A stretch of 64,000 nucleotides of DNA from NCBI GenBank assembly GCA_963719035.1, contig CAVRAO010000002.1:1-64000 (forward strand), written 5' to 3'. Both the position numbers and the translations under genes were made by a program. The notes under the pieces were generated by a model. It was not told where the DNA came from, ran no database searches, and saw only the letters and a program-made list of their open reading frames with translations. Shown here in pieces: positions 51,436 to 62,289 of this stretch (the first letter of the stretch is position 1; every line of letters begins with the position of its first letter). This DNA comes from Methanobacteriota archaeon. GTDB taxonomy: Archaea; Halobacteriota; Bog-38; Methanoflorentales; Methanoflorentaceae.

Positions 51436-51789
51436 TTGTCTCGTGATACCTTGGTCTTGACCAGAAGCGTAGGCTCAACGGATTTGAGGGTAGACGTGAC
51501 TCATTTGGGTCGAGATTTGCTTGTCACGCTGGTGGGGGGCGAAGCGCACGTGGGCGCCGTCGCGTTGGGCGGATTTCACAAGCGATCATACGCGTCAGTG
51601 CTAACTGTGCCTGACCATCGGGATGACGTAATAGCTAAAGAAGCTGCTTCGCGAATTTCGAAAGAGCTGAATTGCAGCTGTGTCGTTGTAGTTGGCATTC
51701 ACGTTAGCAATGCGTCCGAGCAGCAAGTCAGTCATATTGTTGAAGCATCAGTTACGCTTGTTAACGAACTTATCGAGGCACTTAAATGA
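51436..51789 (+). CDS. LpdD-like (prenylated flavin chaperone-like) small protein
   Basis: GRDLLV..GGEAHVGAV, PDHRDD and VVVGIH motifs; overlaps the ubiX start. Confidence 0.65.
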   Translation: MSRDTLVLTRSVGSTDLRVDVTHLGRDLLVTLVGGEAHVGAVALGGFHKRSYASVLTVPDHRDDVIAKEAASRISKELNCSCVVVVGIHVSNASEQQVSHIVEASVTLVNELIEALK

Positions 51790-52340
51790 CGATAACATTG
51801 GCGATTACCGGCGCGAGCGGAGTACAATACGGCGTTCGTTTACTCGAAGCCCTGAGGGATCTGCAGGTTGAGACGCAGCTCATCGTGACCAAAAGCGGCC
51901 AGGATCTTATAAGCACCGAGACTCAGCTTAGTTTGAATTACGTTACTTCGCTGGCCTACCAGACATATGAAGAAATGGACTTGTCGGCGCCCATTGCCAG
52001 CGGATCTCACATTAGCAGTGGTATGGTGATAATACCGTGCAGTATGAAGACGCTTGGAAGCATCGCACACGGTATTTCTTCAAATCTTGTGACGCGTGCG
52101 GCCGATGTGTGCTTGAAGGAAAGAAGAAAGCTGATATTAGTGGTGCGCGAGACGCCATTTAGCGGGGTTCATTTGAGTAACATGTTGAAATTGTCCCAAT
52201 GTGGGGCGGTGATAATGCCTGCAAGTCCCGGGTTTTACACACGCCCAGCGACGATCGACGAGCTCATCGATACGCTAGTCGCTCGTGTGCTCGATCTGCT
52301 ACAGATAGATCATTCGCTTTCGCGGCGCTGGGGTGACTAA
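51786..52340 (+). CDS. ubiX: Flavin prenyltransferase UbiX
   Basis: ITGASG, PCSMKTL, RAADV.LKERR and RETP motifs. Confidence 0.95.
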   Translation: MTITLAITGASGVQYGVRLLEALRDLQVETQLIVTKSGQDLISTETQLSLNYVTSLAYQTYEEMDLSAPIASGSHISSGMVIIPCSMKTLGSIAHGISSNLVTRAADVCLKERRKLILVVRETPFSGVHLSNMLKLSQCGAVIMPASPGFYTRPATIDELIDTLVARVLDLLQIDHSLSRRWGD

Positions 52341-53579
52341 ATGAGACGCTTTGTTCAGCATCTGATGGACTCTGGGCAACTTGAGGTCATTACGAAGGCC
52401 GTTTCACCGATCTTAGAGGCCCCGCGTCTAGCGCAAGGGCGGGGACCAATCCTATTCGAGCGCGTCGGCGGTTGTCGAGCTATCGTAAATCTCATCGGCT
52501 CACGCGCGCTGCTCGCCCACGTATTGAAAGTCAATGAACGGGAACTTATCAGCAAACTGTTACGCACAGCACCTGAAGGAAAAACAACGGTGCACGATTT
52601 CACCTGGGACGTTGAGACCACTCCCGATTTGAGAAAGTTGCCTGTTATGAAGTTCTTTGAGCGAGATGGCGGGCCTTACATCACGGCAGGCGTTCTGGTG
52701 GTAAAATATGGGCAAAGAGTAAACGCTTCCGTTCATCGAATGATGGTCATCGACGATACGTCACTCACCGTGAGGCTCGTTCCTCCGCGTCACGCATACT
52801 TGATGTATAAGGCCAGCGCGAAAAAAGCGGAACCGCTAAACGTCGCCATTGCTATTGGTGTTGATCCCGTCACGCTGTTTGCTACGACAACGAGAGTGCC
52901 GTGCGGTTTTGAATTCAATTACGCGGCGGCACTGAAGGGCGAGGTGCAGCCTCTGATCGAATGCGAAAATGGAGTCCCAGTTCCGCCGAGCGAAATGGTC
53001 TTAGAGGGGCAAATAAGCCCAACAAGAACGGCAAACGAAGGTCCGTTTGTAGATCTCACAGGTACTTACGATCTTGTGAGAAAGGAACCAGTCGTCGAAC
53101 TAACGAGACTAGCTTCAGTTAAAGATCCAATCTATCATTCCATATTGCCGGCCGGCGTCGAGCATTCACTTTTGATGGGCATCCCCTTCGAGCCGCGGAT
53201 ATACAAAGCGTGTCAGGACGTCACGAAGGTCAAGAACGTGATATTGACTGCGGGGGGCCGTCACTATCTGCACGCTGTCATTCAGATAGAAAAACAGACT
53301 GAAGGGGACGCAAGAAATGTCATGATGGCGGCGTTCGCGTCTCACACTAGTTTAAAGCACGTCGTGGTTGTCGATGAGGATATTGACATTTACGACATGG
53401 CTGATGTAGAATTCGCAATTGCCTCGCGAGTCCGAGGGGACTCAGATATCATGATAGTGCCGAACGTTCGCGGATCGTCACTTGATCCCCGAGCACGAAG
53501 TGACGGTACAACAACAAAAGTTGGCATAGATGCGACTGCTCCGCTGAGTGAACGTTGGAAGTTTGAGAAGGTTACCTAA
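52341..53579 (+). CDS. UbiD-family decarboxylase (likely anhydromevalonate phosphate decarboxylase)
   Basis: DGGPYITAG, EGPFVDLTG, VVVDEDIDI and KVGIDAT motifs. Confidence 0.9.
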   Translation: MRRFVQHLMDSGQLEVITKAVSPILEAPRLAQGRGPILFERVGGCRAIVNLIGSRALLAHVLKVNERELISKLLRTAPEGKTTVHDFTWDVETTPDLRKLPVMKFFERDGGPYITAGVLVVKYGQRVNASVHRMMVIDDTSLTVRLVPPRHAYLMYKASAKKAEPLNVAIAIGVDPVTLFATTTRVPCGFEFNYAAALKGEVQPLIECENGVPVPPSEMVLEGQISPTRTANEGPFVDLTGTYDLVRKEPVVELTRLASVKDPIYHSILPAGVEHSLLMGIPFEPRIYKACQDVTKVKNVILTAGGRHYLHAVIQIEKQTEGDARNVMMAAFASHTSLKHVVVVDEDIDIYDMADVEFAIASRVRGDSDIMIVPNVRGSSLDPRARSDGTTTKVGIDATAPLSERWKFEKVT

Positions 53580-53683
53580 AACGAGACTCACTCGTGAATA
53601 GCTCAGTTTGTACGGCGCGACGCGCGCCCCGTAAATCACGATCTTATGATAAAGGTTATGATTCGCAAAACTGTGCCCTACCT

Positions 53684-54842
53684 ATGCGAACGATGCTAGT
53701 AGTCGAAGGTCAAACTCCTGTTTTTAGTACCACAATTAGATGCAAGTGCGTCTTATCCTCCCTCATCGGCTGCGGTCTTTTATAACCCGACAATGGAGTT
53801 TAGCAGGGACATAAACGTCGCTTGCATGCAGACTCTCACTGATAGTCTAAGTAAGAGCTCTATAATCACGTATCTCGATGCCCTGAGTGCGAGCGGCATT
53901 CGAGGGCTCAGAATCGCAACTGAAGCACATTTGGAAGTGACGCTAAATGATTATAATAAAGCAGCATACCAACTTATTAAGAGGAATGTAAAGCGCTTGC
54001 AGCTAAATGCGTGCGTGAAGCACTCCGATGCAAACGCCTTAATGTCAGAAGAAAGGTTCGATGTCGTCGATATAGATCCGTTCGGATCTCCCGTTCCTTT
54101 TGTTGATGCTGCCTGTCGATCCGCAAGCAAGATGCTCTGCGTGACGGCAACCGACACTGCCCCCCTAAGTGGCGCCCATTTCAACGCCGGCGCAAGGAGA
54201 TACTCCGCACTGCCTCTGAACACTGAGTATCATGCTGAGACGGGTATAAGGATACTCATTGGAAAAATTGTTCGGGAATTTGTCAAATACGATAAATCTG
54301 CGGTTCCTGTGCTTGCGCATGCGACCGAGCACTACTATCGAGTTTATTTACGGATCGAGCGAGGCGCAAGACGCGCTGATGAGTGTTTAAGCTCGCTCGG
54401 ATTTGTCTTCCACTGCTTGAAATGTGGTCATCGCTACGTTACGTATGGGCTTGCACCAGGGCAGCGTTGTGAATGTACGCTATGCGCTGCAGAGCCGGTC
54501 ATTGCTGGGCCTCTTTGGCTTGGATCACTCTACGATCAGTCTTTTTGCCAGAAAGTTCTTAACAACCTTGAAAATGGCGTTTTTGGAACCAAACAGCAAG
54601 CCTCTAAGACGGTTGAGTTGTGTCTTAATGAGCTTGACTTCGTAACGTTTTTTGATTACCATAAGCTGCTGAAAGAGCTCAAATGCCCGCCGATCCCCAT
54701 TGAAACGCTAATGAGTGGTTTAAGGAATATCGGTTATCAAGCATCGAGAACCCATTTTTCAGGTACGTCAGTTAAGACAGACGCTAACGTGGCCACGTTG
54801 AAGGATGTTTTGCGCGATTTGAGCTGCGCAACTAAAAAATAA
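53684..54842 (+). CDS. trm1: tRNA (guanine-26-N2)-dimethyltransferase; extra T near 53722
   Basis: VEGQT/VFYNPTMEFSRD, DALSASGIRGLR and DIDPFGSP motifs. Confidence 0.92.
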
Positions 54843-54951
54843 AGATCTAGTGACTATCAGGGGCTGATCGTGGGCGTTGATGCGGGGCGCTTTCTAGTGT
54901 AGAGGCGTTTTTCGACAGGAAAATGTTTAGGACGAAATCCGCTGTGAAAGA

Positions 54952-55563
54952 TTACATTCCTAAAGTTTTGCGAATAACTTGAGTGAAAACGAGCGAGCAA
55001 AGCAAGTACCAAACAAGCCATACAGGAAATCCCAAGATAACCCCCCCCGTGTATGCTTGCACTCCAAAGTAAGGGAAGACTATCGTCGGTGATACGTATG
55101 AGAAGGTTAGTTGCCCTTTCTCCATTATGTAACTCAGCCACGCGAACAGTGGAAGCGAAATAATGAGAATATACGGCATTGGTTTCATCGTTTGTGCCTG
55201 AACATCCAAGCTGAGCTGCATCACTTCGGCACGTTCGTCCTCGAGCTTCTTGAGCTTTCCTTTATCTCCTGCGAGTTGAGCTTCACGATAGACCTTCTGG
55301 AAATCCTTCATCTTGGCTTGAGATTGCTTTACTTGCTGTTGATCAACGAATTGGTTAAGGAGGAGGGAAGAATAAGAGCCTGTAACAACGGATAGGAGAA
55401 GGATTGTAATAAACAGCGGCACCTGAAGATTGGTCACTAAACCTCCGAGCACGACGTTCATCGCTTCGCCAATTGGCTGTCGCAAAAACGCGTAAGCTAC
55501 TGTCATAGCTAAATAGAGGAGCAAGAGCCTCGTCATCACGCCAGTCGTACTTTTTTGTGCCAT
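54952..55563 (-). CDS. DUF106 / EMC3-TMCO1 (Oxa1 superfamily) membrane protein
   Basis: TM-coiled-coil-TM layout; KPM and WYLLCS motifs. Confidence 0.88.
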   Translation of the reverse strand: MAQKSTTGVMTRLLLLYLAMTVAYAFLRQPIGEAMNVVLGGLVTNLQVPLFITILLLSVVTGSYSSLLLNQFVDQQQVKQSQAKMKDFQKVYREAQLAGDKGKLKKLEDERAEVMQLSLDVQAQTMKPMPYILIISLPLFAWLSYIMEKGQLTFSYVSPTIVFPYFGVQAYTGGVILGFPVWLVWYLLCSLVFTQVIRKTLGM

Positions 55564-55734
55564 TTCGTGCTCTCCTTTCGCGAGAGTTATCAAAAATTGA
55601 GAATGTATGCTATAGCTAATTCAACTTTAATCACTACTGTTCAACACGTAAATAAATATGTTACGTGGATCTGCGGACGGGTTTTCGCACTCTTGCTCGA
55701 CTCAACTTTCCATTGAACCGCGCAGATTCGTCGT

Positions 55735-56322
55735 TCAAGTTCCCTTGTTATTTAAATAGCGTTTCGCCACAACGTATATTTCAGCGCTCTGTTTTCTTGA
55801 CGCTCGCGGATTAAAAGACTTTACAAAGCTAAAATGAGCGCTTACCTCGCGTATAAACGTTTCAAAGAGATCTCCTTGAAAGACTTTTACTACAAAATTT
55901 CCTCCCGTTTTGAGCACGCCTGTAGCGATTTTTAAGGCGCAGCTCGAGAGATCGATTGATCGCGCGTGATCGAGGCTCCAAACCCCGCTAAGATTTGGAG
56001 CGGCGTCTGACACGACGACATTGACCTTACCTACGAGCTCTTGGATCCTCTCGACCACGATTTCTGGAGCAGCAATATCGGCTCGAATGGAAGTCACTCC
56101 ATCTAGCGGAGCGATTTGCTGTAGATCAACGGCTATAGCTGTTGCATCTAACTTGCGAATCACTTGGAGCCATCCTCCAGGAGCTGCGCCTAAGTCAACT
56201 ACGACATCCCCCCTCTGGACAATGCGGTAACGTTCCTGAATTTGGAGCAATTTGTACGACGCTCGTGATCGATATCCTTCGAACTTGGCCTTTCGATAAT
56301 AAAAATCTTGTCGCTTTTTCAC
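55735..56322 (-). CDS. rlmE: 23S rRNA 2'-O-methyltransferase RlmE/FtsJ
   Basis: YRSRASYKL, DLGAAPGGW, SDAAP and SAEIY motifs. Confidence 0.95.
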   Translation of the reverse strand: MKKRQDFYYRKAKFEGYRSRASYKLLQIQERYRIVQRGDVVVDLGAAPGGWLQVIRKLDATAIAVDLQQIAPLDGVTSIRADIAAPEIVVERIQELVGKVNVVVSDAAPNLSGVWSLDHARSIDLSSCALKIATGVLKTGGNFVVKVFQGDLFETFIREVSAHFSFVKSFNPRASRKQSAEIYVVAKRYLNNKGT

Positions 56323-56456
56323 GATGTTAGATATCCTCGATACAAGTTATACTTAGAACTAAAAAGCAGTATACAACTCTCCGACCGCTTTTTATATCAT
56401 TCGACTAATAGACCAATGCATCACTCTTAATTAATAAAACGCTTAATGGAGCTAAG

Positions 56457-56975
56457 ATGAATCGACGAATGTGGATTGAGCTTGACGGGTGGCAGGCAAA
56501 GCTCAGGTTCTCAGCGTGCCATTTTATTCCGAACCACCCGAAATGCGGCCACCTCCACGGGCACACATACGCAATAAGCGTGAAGATTGTCGGTCAGCAG
56601 ATTGGCAATTTTGTAATGGACTTCGAAGACCTCAAGAGTTACGTCGGTGAGATCTGTGAAACGCTTGATCACAAGACGCTTCTCGCGTCTCGAGACGAGA
56701 GTACACAAATTACTAGAACAGAAACTGGAGATATTGCCGTTACCGTAGGAACGAGCAGAAAGCGTTATAGCTTCCCAAAGGAAGACGTCGTACTGCTCCC
56801 TATAAACTCTGTAAGCGCTGAAGATCTATGTTCACATCTGCTAGACGAGTTGTGCAACAAACTCGACCTTAGCACATTATCAGAAGTTAGCGTGCGGCTT
56901 GACGAAGGTTTGGGGCAAGGTGCAGGCAGCGTTCGGCACTTTCCGCAGCGGGAAGACGACTTGGGCCTAGGTTAG
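56457..56975 (+). CDS. queD: 6-pyruvoyltetrahydropterin synthase family (QueD)
   Basis: FSACH, CGHLHGHTY, LDHK and SAE motifs. Confidence 0.85.
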   Translation: MNRRMWIELDGWQAKLRFSACHFIPNHPKCGHLHGHTYAISVKIVGQQIGNFVMDFEDLKSYVGEICETLDHKTLLASRDESTQITRTETGDIAVTVGTSRKRYSFPKEDVVLLPINSVSAEDLCSHLLDELCNKLDLSTLSEVSVRLDEGLGQGAGSVRHFPQREDDLGLG

Positions 56976-57081
56976 GCGATTTACGATGTTGTTGCGCGTC
57001 CCGTTGGGGATCAAGAACAGCAAGTTATAAAATTGTGTGGAAATATATAGGGTGTTTGGACGGTCATAAGGGAGTAGGATT

Positions 57082-57828
57082 ATGTTTAAAGCTGATATTC
57101 TTGGAGAGACGCTGAAAGATGGTATCGAAGCGTTGACAATAATAGTGGACGAGGCGCGCGTACACTTAGGCAAAGATGGCATTTATGCGAGAAACGCAGA
57201 CCCATCATATGTAGCGATGGTGCAGTTTGAGTTGTCTGCAAAAGCCTTTGAAAATTACGAAACCGATGAAGAAGTTGTAACGCTCGACTTGAAAAAAATG
57301 CAAGACATACTCGAGCTCGCTAATCGCACAGACGTAATCCAAATGGCTATAGACGACAACCGGATGGCATTGTCCTTTGGAGACCTTAAATACACAATAG
57401 CCCTCCTCAGTCCCTATTCGATAAAGAAAGAGCCCAAAGTGCCGAAGGTTGAATCTGCAGCACACGTTGTTATCACAGGAAAAGAGTTCCGGTGGGCAGT
57501 CAAAGCGGCGGGCAAGGTGAGTGATAATATAGCTCTTGGCTGCGTAAATACTGATTTCTTCATGGAAGCACTAGGTGACGCAGATACAATGCGGCTTGAA
57601 CTGTCGAAAGATCAACTCATCGATGTATCGCGTGCAGATGACAAATCAGATGAAGTTAAATCGTTGTTTAGTTTAGAATTCTTGATTGAAATGTCAAAAG
57701 CAGTCGGAAAAGCCTCTGAAGTGTCCCTCGATTTAGGTAAGAACATTCCGCTTAAAGTTGGATTCGATTTTGCTGACGGGAATGGTTCTGTCTCTTATTT
57801 ACTTGCGCCGCGCATAGAGCAGGAATGA
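57082..57828 (+). CDS. pcn: DNA polymerase sliding clamp PCNA
   Basis: DPSYVAMV and YLLAPRIE motifs. Confidence 0.95.
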   Translation: MFKADILGETLKDGIEALTIIVDEARVHLGKDGIYARNADPSYVAMVQFELSAKAFENYETDEEVVTLDLKKMQDILELANRTDVIQMAIDDNRMALSFGDLKYTIALLSPYSIKKEPKVPKVESAAHVVITGKEFRWAVKAAGKVSDNIALGCVNTDFFMEALGDADTMRLELSKDQLIDVSRADDKSDEVKSLFSLEFLIEMSKAVGKASEVSLDLGKNIPLKVGFDFADGNGSVSYLLAPRIEQE

Positions 57829-57846
57829 AATAATAGGGCGTGGCAA

Positions 57847-58875
57847 TTGGCCGACGCTAGAAGCATGGAGGAATATTTAGCTCTTTTTCCATACACTTCT
57901 GCGGCAGCGCGCTACGTTGAAGCGTCTGCAAAAACGTTTGAATCACTATTGTCTGTCGGCGAGTTTTCAAAGCGAGTCCTCAACAGGAGCGTTGAGAGGG
58001 TAACACGCGCGATCAGTGGCGACATCAATGTGCCGTCAGTCGGGCACGACGATTACGAGGTTGAGATATTCTCTTATGTGATGGCAAGAGCATTGGTATC
58101 GTGTATCAATGAAACGCTTCTGGTTCAAAGATACGCAAATGCAGAAGCACGAGATGCTTATAACAATTTGCAGCACGCTGACGAACGATCTCAAGACGGT
58201 TATATATTGTCGTTACTTGGCGACTTTCGGATGCCTGCATCTATCAAAAAAAATGCTTTTCAGCTTTATTTCGCAGACGTTATCAAGTATACAGGAAGGT
58301 TGAGAGGCCCTCAATGGCGGCTTGTCAATCTCTTGTACAGGGGTCGCGTGACTCTAGCCAAAGGGGAGATAATCCAGATCTTAGCAGAGGCAGTGCGGTT
58401 GAAAGTGCTGAGCGGCTTGCCACTCCAGCTCAGCGTCAAAATGTGTGAAGAACTCTCCCCTTACACTTCGCCATTGAAAAAAACACTCTCTCAAGTCTTA
58501 CTGCGTCATGAAGACTCTGGCCCTGTTGTCTTAGAAGCGTGCCCTCCATGCATTAAAGCGTTGCTTTTGCAAGTGAAAGCAGGCAAGAATTTATCGCATC
58601 CTGCTCGGTTTGCGCTCACATCATTCCTAGCGAACATCGGTATGAAAGAAGACGAGATTGTACTCCTCTACCAAATGTCTCCAGACTTCGACTACGAGCT
58701 CACTCGCTATCAAGTTGAACATATTAAAGGGAGTTCTGGAAAGGATTATGTACCTCCGGGGTGCTCAACGATGGAGACATATGGCAATTGCGTTGAAAGC
58801 GACAGCTTGTGTCGTCGCATCACGCATCCACTTTCATATTATCGATTGCGAATCAAACGCCCTGATGGGGGGTAA
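57847..58875 (+). CDS. priL: DNA primase large subunit
   Basis: PPCI, HPARF, TRYQVEHI and HPLSYY motifs. Confidence 0.93.
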   Translation: MADARSMEEYLALFPYTSAAARYVEASAKTFESLLSVGEFSKRVLNRSVERVTRAISGDINVPSVGHDDYEVEIFSYVMARALVSCINETLLVQRYANAEARDAYNNLQHADERSQDGYILSLLGDFRMPASIKKNAFQLYFADVIKYTGRLRGPQWRLVNLLYRGRVTLAKGEIIQILAEAVRLKVLSGLPLQLSVKMCEELSPYTSPLKKTLSQVLLRHEDSGPVVLEACPPCIKALLLQVKAGKNLSHPARFALTSFLANIGMKEDEIVLLYQMSPDFDYELTRYQVEHIKGSSGKDYVPPGCSTMETYGNCVESDSLCRRITHPLSYYRLRIKRPDGG

Positions 58876-58982
58876 AGACATCAACGGGTTGATCGAGATA
58901 ATAAGCGTTTTGGGACTATGAAGCTCTGTCAATTATGTAAAGAACTCTTTGGACTGGCGCAGCACAGCGATGGTGGAAGCAG

Positions 58983-60140
58983 GTGAATGCGAGAACTAAA
59001 GCTTTCCTCGAAAGCAAGTTTAGAAAGTACTATCATAACGCCGTTATAGAGCTTCCCCCGAGATTCCGGAAACGAGAATGGGCTTTTGTCCTTTTTGATT
59101 CAGCTTACCCTAAGCTTGTGATGCGACGACACAAAGCTTTTGGCTCGCAGAAGGAACTCTACTCGTATTTAGGGGCAGTATCTCCGGCTCACGTGTACTA
59201 CTCAACAGCTTGTTATGCGCATCCTAGTGCTACACGTATGCAAGAGAAGAAATGGGAAGGGGCAGACATAATCTTCGATCTGGATGCGGACAAGCTCTTG
59301 ACGGATTCTGCGCCGCAATATGCATTTATGCTCATTGCAGTAAAAAATGAAACTGCTAAGCTTCTGGACTTTCTAATGAATGATTTCGGTTTTGATCACA
59401 CAGACTTTAGTATAATATTTTCTGGTGGTCGAGGTTATCACGTTCATTTGCGAGCGGAGCGACTTGCCACTCTCGGTAGCCACGAACGGCGAGAGGTTGT
59501 GAACTACTTGACCGGCACTGGTCTCGCGCCAGAATATCTCTTAAAGCGTACAAATATGATGCCAACATCAGATGATAACAGCTGTTGGGAGATCAGGATC
59601 AGATCGTGGATTGACCGGTATTTCAAGCGCTTAAGCGAGCTTGACGCAAAAACAGCGATTATAGAACTTACCTCTGTAAAAGCTATCGGAAAGCGGCGTG
59701 CAAAAGAGATTGTCGACGAAATGTCGCAAGATTCTACGATCCAACCTCTACTGCAATCGAAACTAATGCCACTAGCAGCGTGGAAAAGTCTAATCAGGGA
59801 AGCCATCTCACAGATAAAGGTAACTATCGACGTGCCAGTCACGGCGGACACGAAGCGGTTGATCAGGTTACCCACGTCTCTACACGGCGGCTCTGGGCTT
59901 CGCGTGACACCGCTGACGCTTGATGAATTCCGTCTTTTTGACCCTCTACACGACGCAGTCGTCTTTTCTGACCATTTCATTTCAGTAAAAATTCTTAAGC
60001 CGACAACAGCTGAACTTAAGGGTGAAACTATTAAGGTTCAACAAGGTACAACAGAGTTGCCAGAACACACAGCCGTCTATCTTATGGCGCGAGGGCTTGC
60101 TGAATATGAATCTCGACGATTTAAAAGTGATCAGAAATGA
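58983..60140 (+). CDS. priS: DNA primase small subunit
   Basis: FDLDAD, SGGRGYH and RLIRLPTSLH motifs. Confidence 0.95.
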   Translation: MNARTKAFLESKFRKYYHNAVIELPPRFRKREWAFVLFDSAYPKLVMRRHKAFGSQKELYSYLGAVSPAHVYYSTACYAHPSATRMQEKKWEGADIIFDLDADKLLTDSAPQYAFMLIAVKNETAKLLDFLMNDFGFDHTDFSIIFSGGRGYHVHLRAERLATLGSHERREVVNYLTGTGLAPEYLLKRTNMMPTSDDNSCWEIRIRSWIDRYFKRLSELDAKTAIIELTSVKAIGKRRAKEIVDEMSQDSTIQPLLQSKLMPLAAWKSLIREAISQIKVTIDVPVTADTKRLIRLPTSLHGGSGLRVTPLTLDEFRLFDPLHDAVVFSDHFISVKILKPTTAELKGETIKVQQGTTELPEHTAVYLMARGLAEYESRRFKSDQK

Positions 60141-60906
60141 AGAACGCCGTTCACGGCGATTGACTGTCTTGAAGAGCGATTTTTACTCTGAGTTTGGAGA
60201 ATACGTCGAATCATTGAAAGACAGTGATGACCCCCAAAAACAAGACGAACTTGAAAACGCGTTGCGAGTCGCAGATGCGATTTATGACAAACGCGCAGCG
60301 AAAATAATCAAGTTAGCGGCGCTCGCAGCAAAAGGACATAAAGAGGCTGTAGAGTTAGCAACAGCTGAGACTCAGATATATGATACGGTTTACCGCGTCT
60401 TTACTAATTATCGCGACTGCTTGCTTGCACAAAAGGAATCCAAAGAAAACGATTCCCCTCGGTCACAAACGGCCCTAAAAGCTGATGAAAACCACGGAGT
60501 TGCTTTGCCACCCTTTAAGGGGGATTCATACCGGGTGAACCTCGACGAAAGCGTTGAACACCCTCAAATGGAGGAGGGAAGGCAGAGTCTGATCGACTTA
60601 AATGAAGAAACGCAAGAAGGTACAGAAGTAAATGAAGAGCGCTACGACGAAAGGACTTTAATAAGAGAACACGAGAATATGAGCTACCTCCAAGTGAGAA
60701 TTTTAACAGACATTCCAACGTTTATTGGGCTCGACGGCGAAAACTACAAACTCGGTGCAGGTGAAACGGTTCTGCTGCCGGAAGGCAACGCCAAAGCTTT
60801 GTCAGATCGCCATGTAGCTATCATAGTCGGTGATAAACTTGAAGATGCCAAAGAAGGTCAGGTCAATATGTCCGATGTGCGGAAAGCACACCATTCAAGA
60901 AGTTGA
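60106..60906 (+). CDS. GINS subunit (Gins51-like)
   Basis: Position after priS; C-terminal [21 protein letters not shown]-domain. Confidence 0.85.
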   Translation: MNLDDLKVIRNEERRSRRLTVLKSDFYSEFGEYVESLKDSDDPQKQDELENALRVADAIYDKRAAKIIKLAALAAKGHKEAVELATAETQIYDTVYRVFTNYRDCLLAQKESKENDSPRSQTALKADENHGVALPPFKGDSYRVNLDESVEHPQMEEGRQSLIDLNEETQEGTEVNEERYDERTLIREHENMSYLQVRILTDIPTFIGLDGENYKLGAGETVLLPEGNAKALSDRHVAIIVGDKLEDAKEGQVNMSDVRKAHHSRS

Positions 60907-61120
60907 AAAAGTTCGAAAAGGGCGTGCATCGTCTTTTACGTGGATTACACGCCAAAAAAAGCGGCGAAGCGGTATTGGCAATCTCGGCAAGTTCTCAAAG
61001 GTTCCTGGCGGGGATAAGCCCACCAAACGGGTAAACATCCGCTATCGCTGTACCGAGTGCAACAAAGCACACACGCGAAAGGGATTTCGCGTGTCAAAAT
61101 TCGAGTTAGTGGAGGCATAA
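60839..61120 (+). CDS. rpl44e: 50S ribosomal protein L44e
   Basis: KMPKK..CPMC, GKFSK and KPTKR motifs. Confidence 0.95.
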   Translation: MKMPKKVRSICPMCGKHTIQEVEKVRKGRASSFTWITRQKKRRSGIGNLGKFSKVPGGDKPTKRVNIRYRCTECNKAHTRKGFRVSKFELVEA

Positions 61121-61123
61121 GTG

Positions 61124-61285
61124 ATGAGCAAATTTCTACGTGTTCGCTGTGCGGATTGTGAGAACATCCAGATCATATTTGGCAACGCCTCATCAGCTGT
61201 AAATTGTATAGTCTGCGGGCGAACCCTTGCAGAGCCGCGCGGGGGAAGGGCGGAGATAAGGACGCAAATACTTGAGGTCTTATGA
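61124..61285 (+). CDS. rps27e: 30S ribosomal protein S27e
   Basis: Manual translation [20 protein letters not shown]...[14 protein letters not shown]. Confidence 0.95.
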   Translation: MSKFLRVRCADCENIQIIFGNASSAVNCIVCGRTLAEPRGGRAEIRTQILEVL

Positions 61286-62055
61286 GAAAAGCCTGGCCAG
61301 AGATCGGAGATTTGGTCGTCTGTACTGTGATTAACGTCGTCGACTTCGGAGCCTTCGTTCAACTTGATGAGTACGACAAAAAGGAAGGCCTCATTCACAT
61401 CTCTGAAGTTGCCTCTGGGTGGGTCAAATACATCAGAGACCATGTAAGAGAAGGTCAAAAGATCGTCTGCAAAGTACTGAATGTCGATCCTAGTCGGAGC
61501 CACATAGACCTTTCGTTTAAAGACGTAAATGAACATCAGCGCCGCGCTAAGATTCAAGAATGGAAGAGCGAACAAAAGGCGGAAAAGTGGCTTGAATTTG
61601 TGGCGGAGGCCACAGGGATGGACAAAGAGGTCCTTTATGATCAACTCGCTGACCAGTTTGGCGGTTTATACTTTGTTTTTGAGGATGCCGCTGCACGAGG
61701 TCAAGAAGCTCTCAAGGGGCTTCAACCAGAGGTTGCCGTACAAATTGAACTTATCGCAAAAGAGAATGTAAAAATACCGTACGTTTATATCACGGGCTAT
61801 GTTGATTTGACCTGCCCGCAACCGAACGGGATAGACGTAATCAAGCGAGCCCTAAAAGCTGCAATGAAGTCTGAAAATGATGAGGTTCGCTTTGACGTGA
61901 GCTATATCGGTGCGCCTCGCTACCGGATAAGAACTGTCGCGTTAGATTATAAAACAGCAGAGAACGCGATGAAAAAAGCGGCAAACGCAGCTACAGAGGT
62001 TGTTATTAAGGCTGGCGGCACTGGAAAGTTTCATAGGGAACTTCAATCATCATAG
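61282..62055 (+). CDS. eif2a: Translation initiation factor 2 alpha subunit
   Basis: S1 domain with [12 protein letters not shown]; GAPRYRI. Confidence 0.96.
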   Translation: MRKAWPEIGDLVVCTVINVVDFGAFVQLDEYDKKEGLIHISEVASGWVKYIRDHVREGQKIVCKVLNVDPSRSHIDLSFKDVNEHQRRAKIQEWKSEQKAEKWLEFVAEATGMDKEVLYDQLADQFGGLYFVFEDAAARGQEALKGLQPEVAVQIELIAKENVKIPYVYITGYVDLTCPQPNGIDVIKRALKAAMKSENDEVRFDVSYIGAPRYRIRTVALDYKTAENAMKKAANAATEVVIKAGGTGKFHRELQSS

Positions 62056-62082
62056 TAAACTCATAATGGACCCTATCAGATT

Positions 62083-62241
62083 ATGAAACTTCGGAAATGC
62101 CATGGCTACACGTTTCAGGAAAAGTGTCCGACATGTGGGCAACCGACCGCGACGGCGCGTCCACCAAGATTCTCAGCAGAGGATCGATATGGGGGATACC
62201 GGCGAATTCTAAAGCGCGAAATAAAAGCAAGAGCAAGATGA
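62083..62241 (+). CDS. nop10: H/ACA RNP protein Nop10
   Basis: Manual translation YTFQEKCPTCG...PPRFSAEDRYGGYRR. Confidence 0.93.
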   Translation: MKLRKCHGYTFQEKCPTCGQPTATARPPRFSAEDRYGGYRRILKREIKARAR

Positions 62242-62289
62242 TCTTTTTGATTTGATCGGCTTAATCTTTCTGGAAGAGATGGGATTTAG

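Noticed and set aside
60839-60906. GINS/rpl44e overlap as unusual
   Set aside because: Short overlap within a well-known conserved archaeal gene cluster
22705-61644. Long antisense or alternate-frame ORFs (e.g. 22705-23271, 49862-50440, 59504-59980, 61042-61644)
   Set aside because: Shadows of well-supported genes with no recognisable motifs
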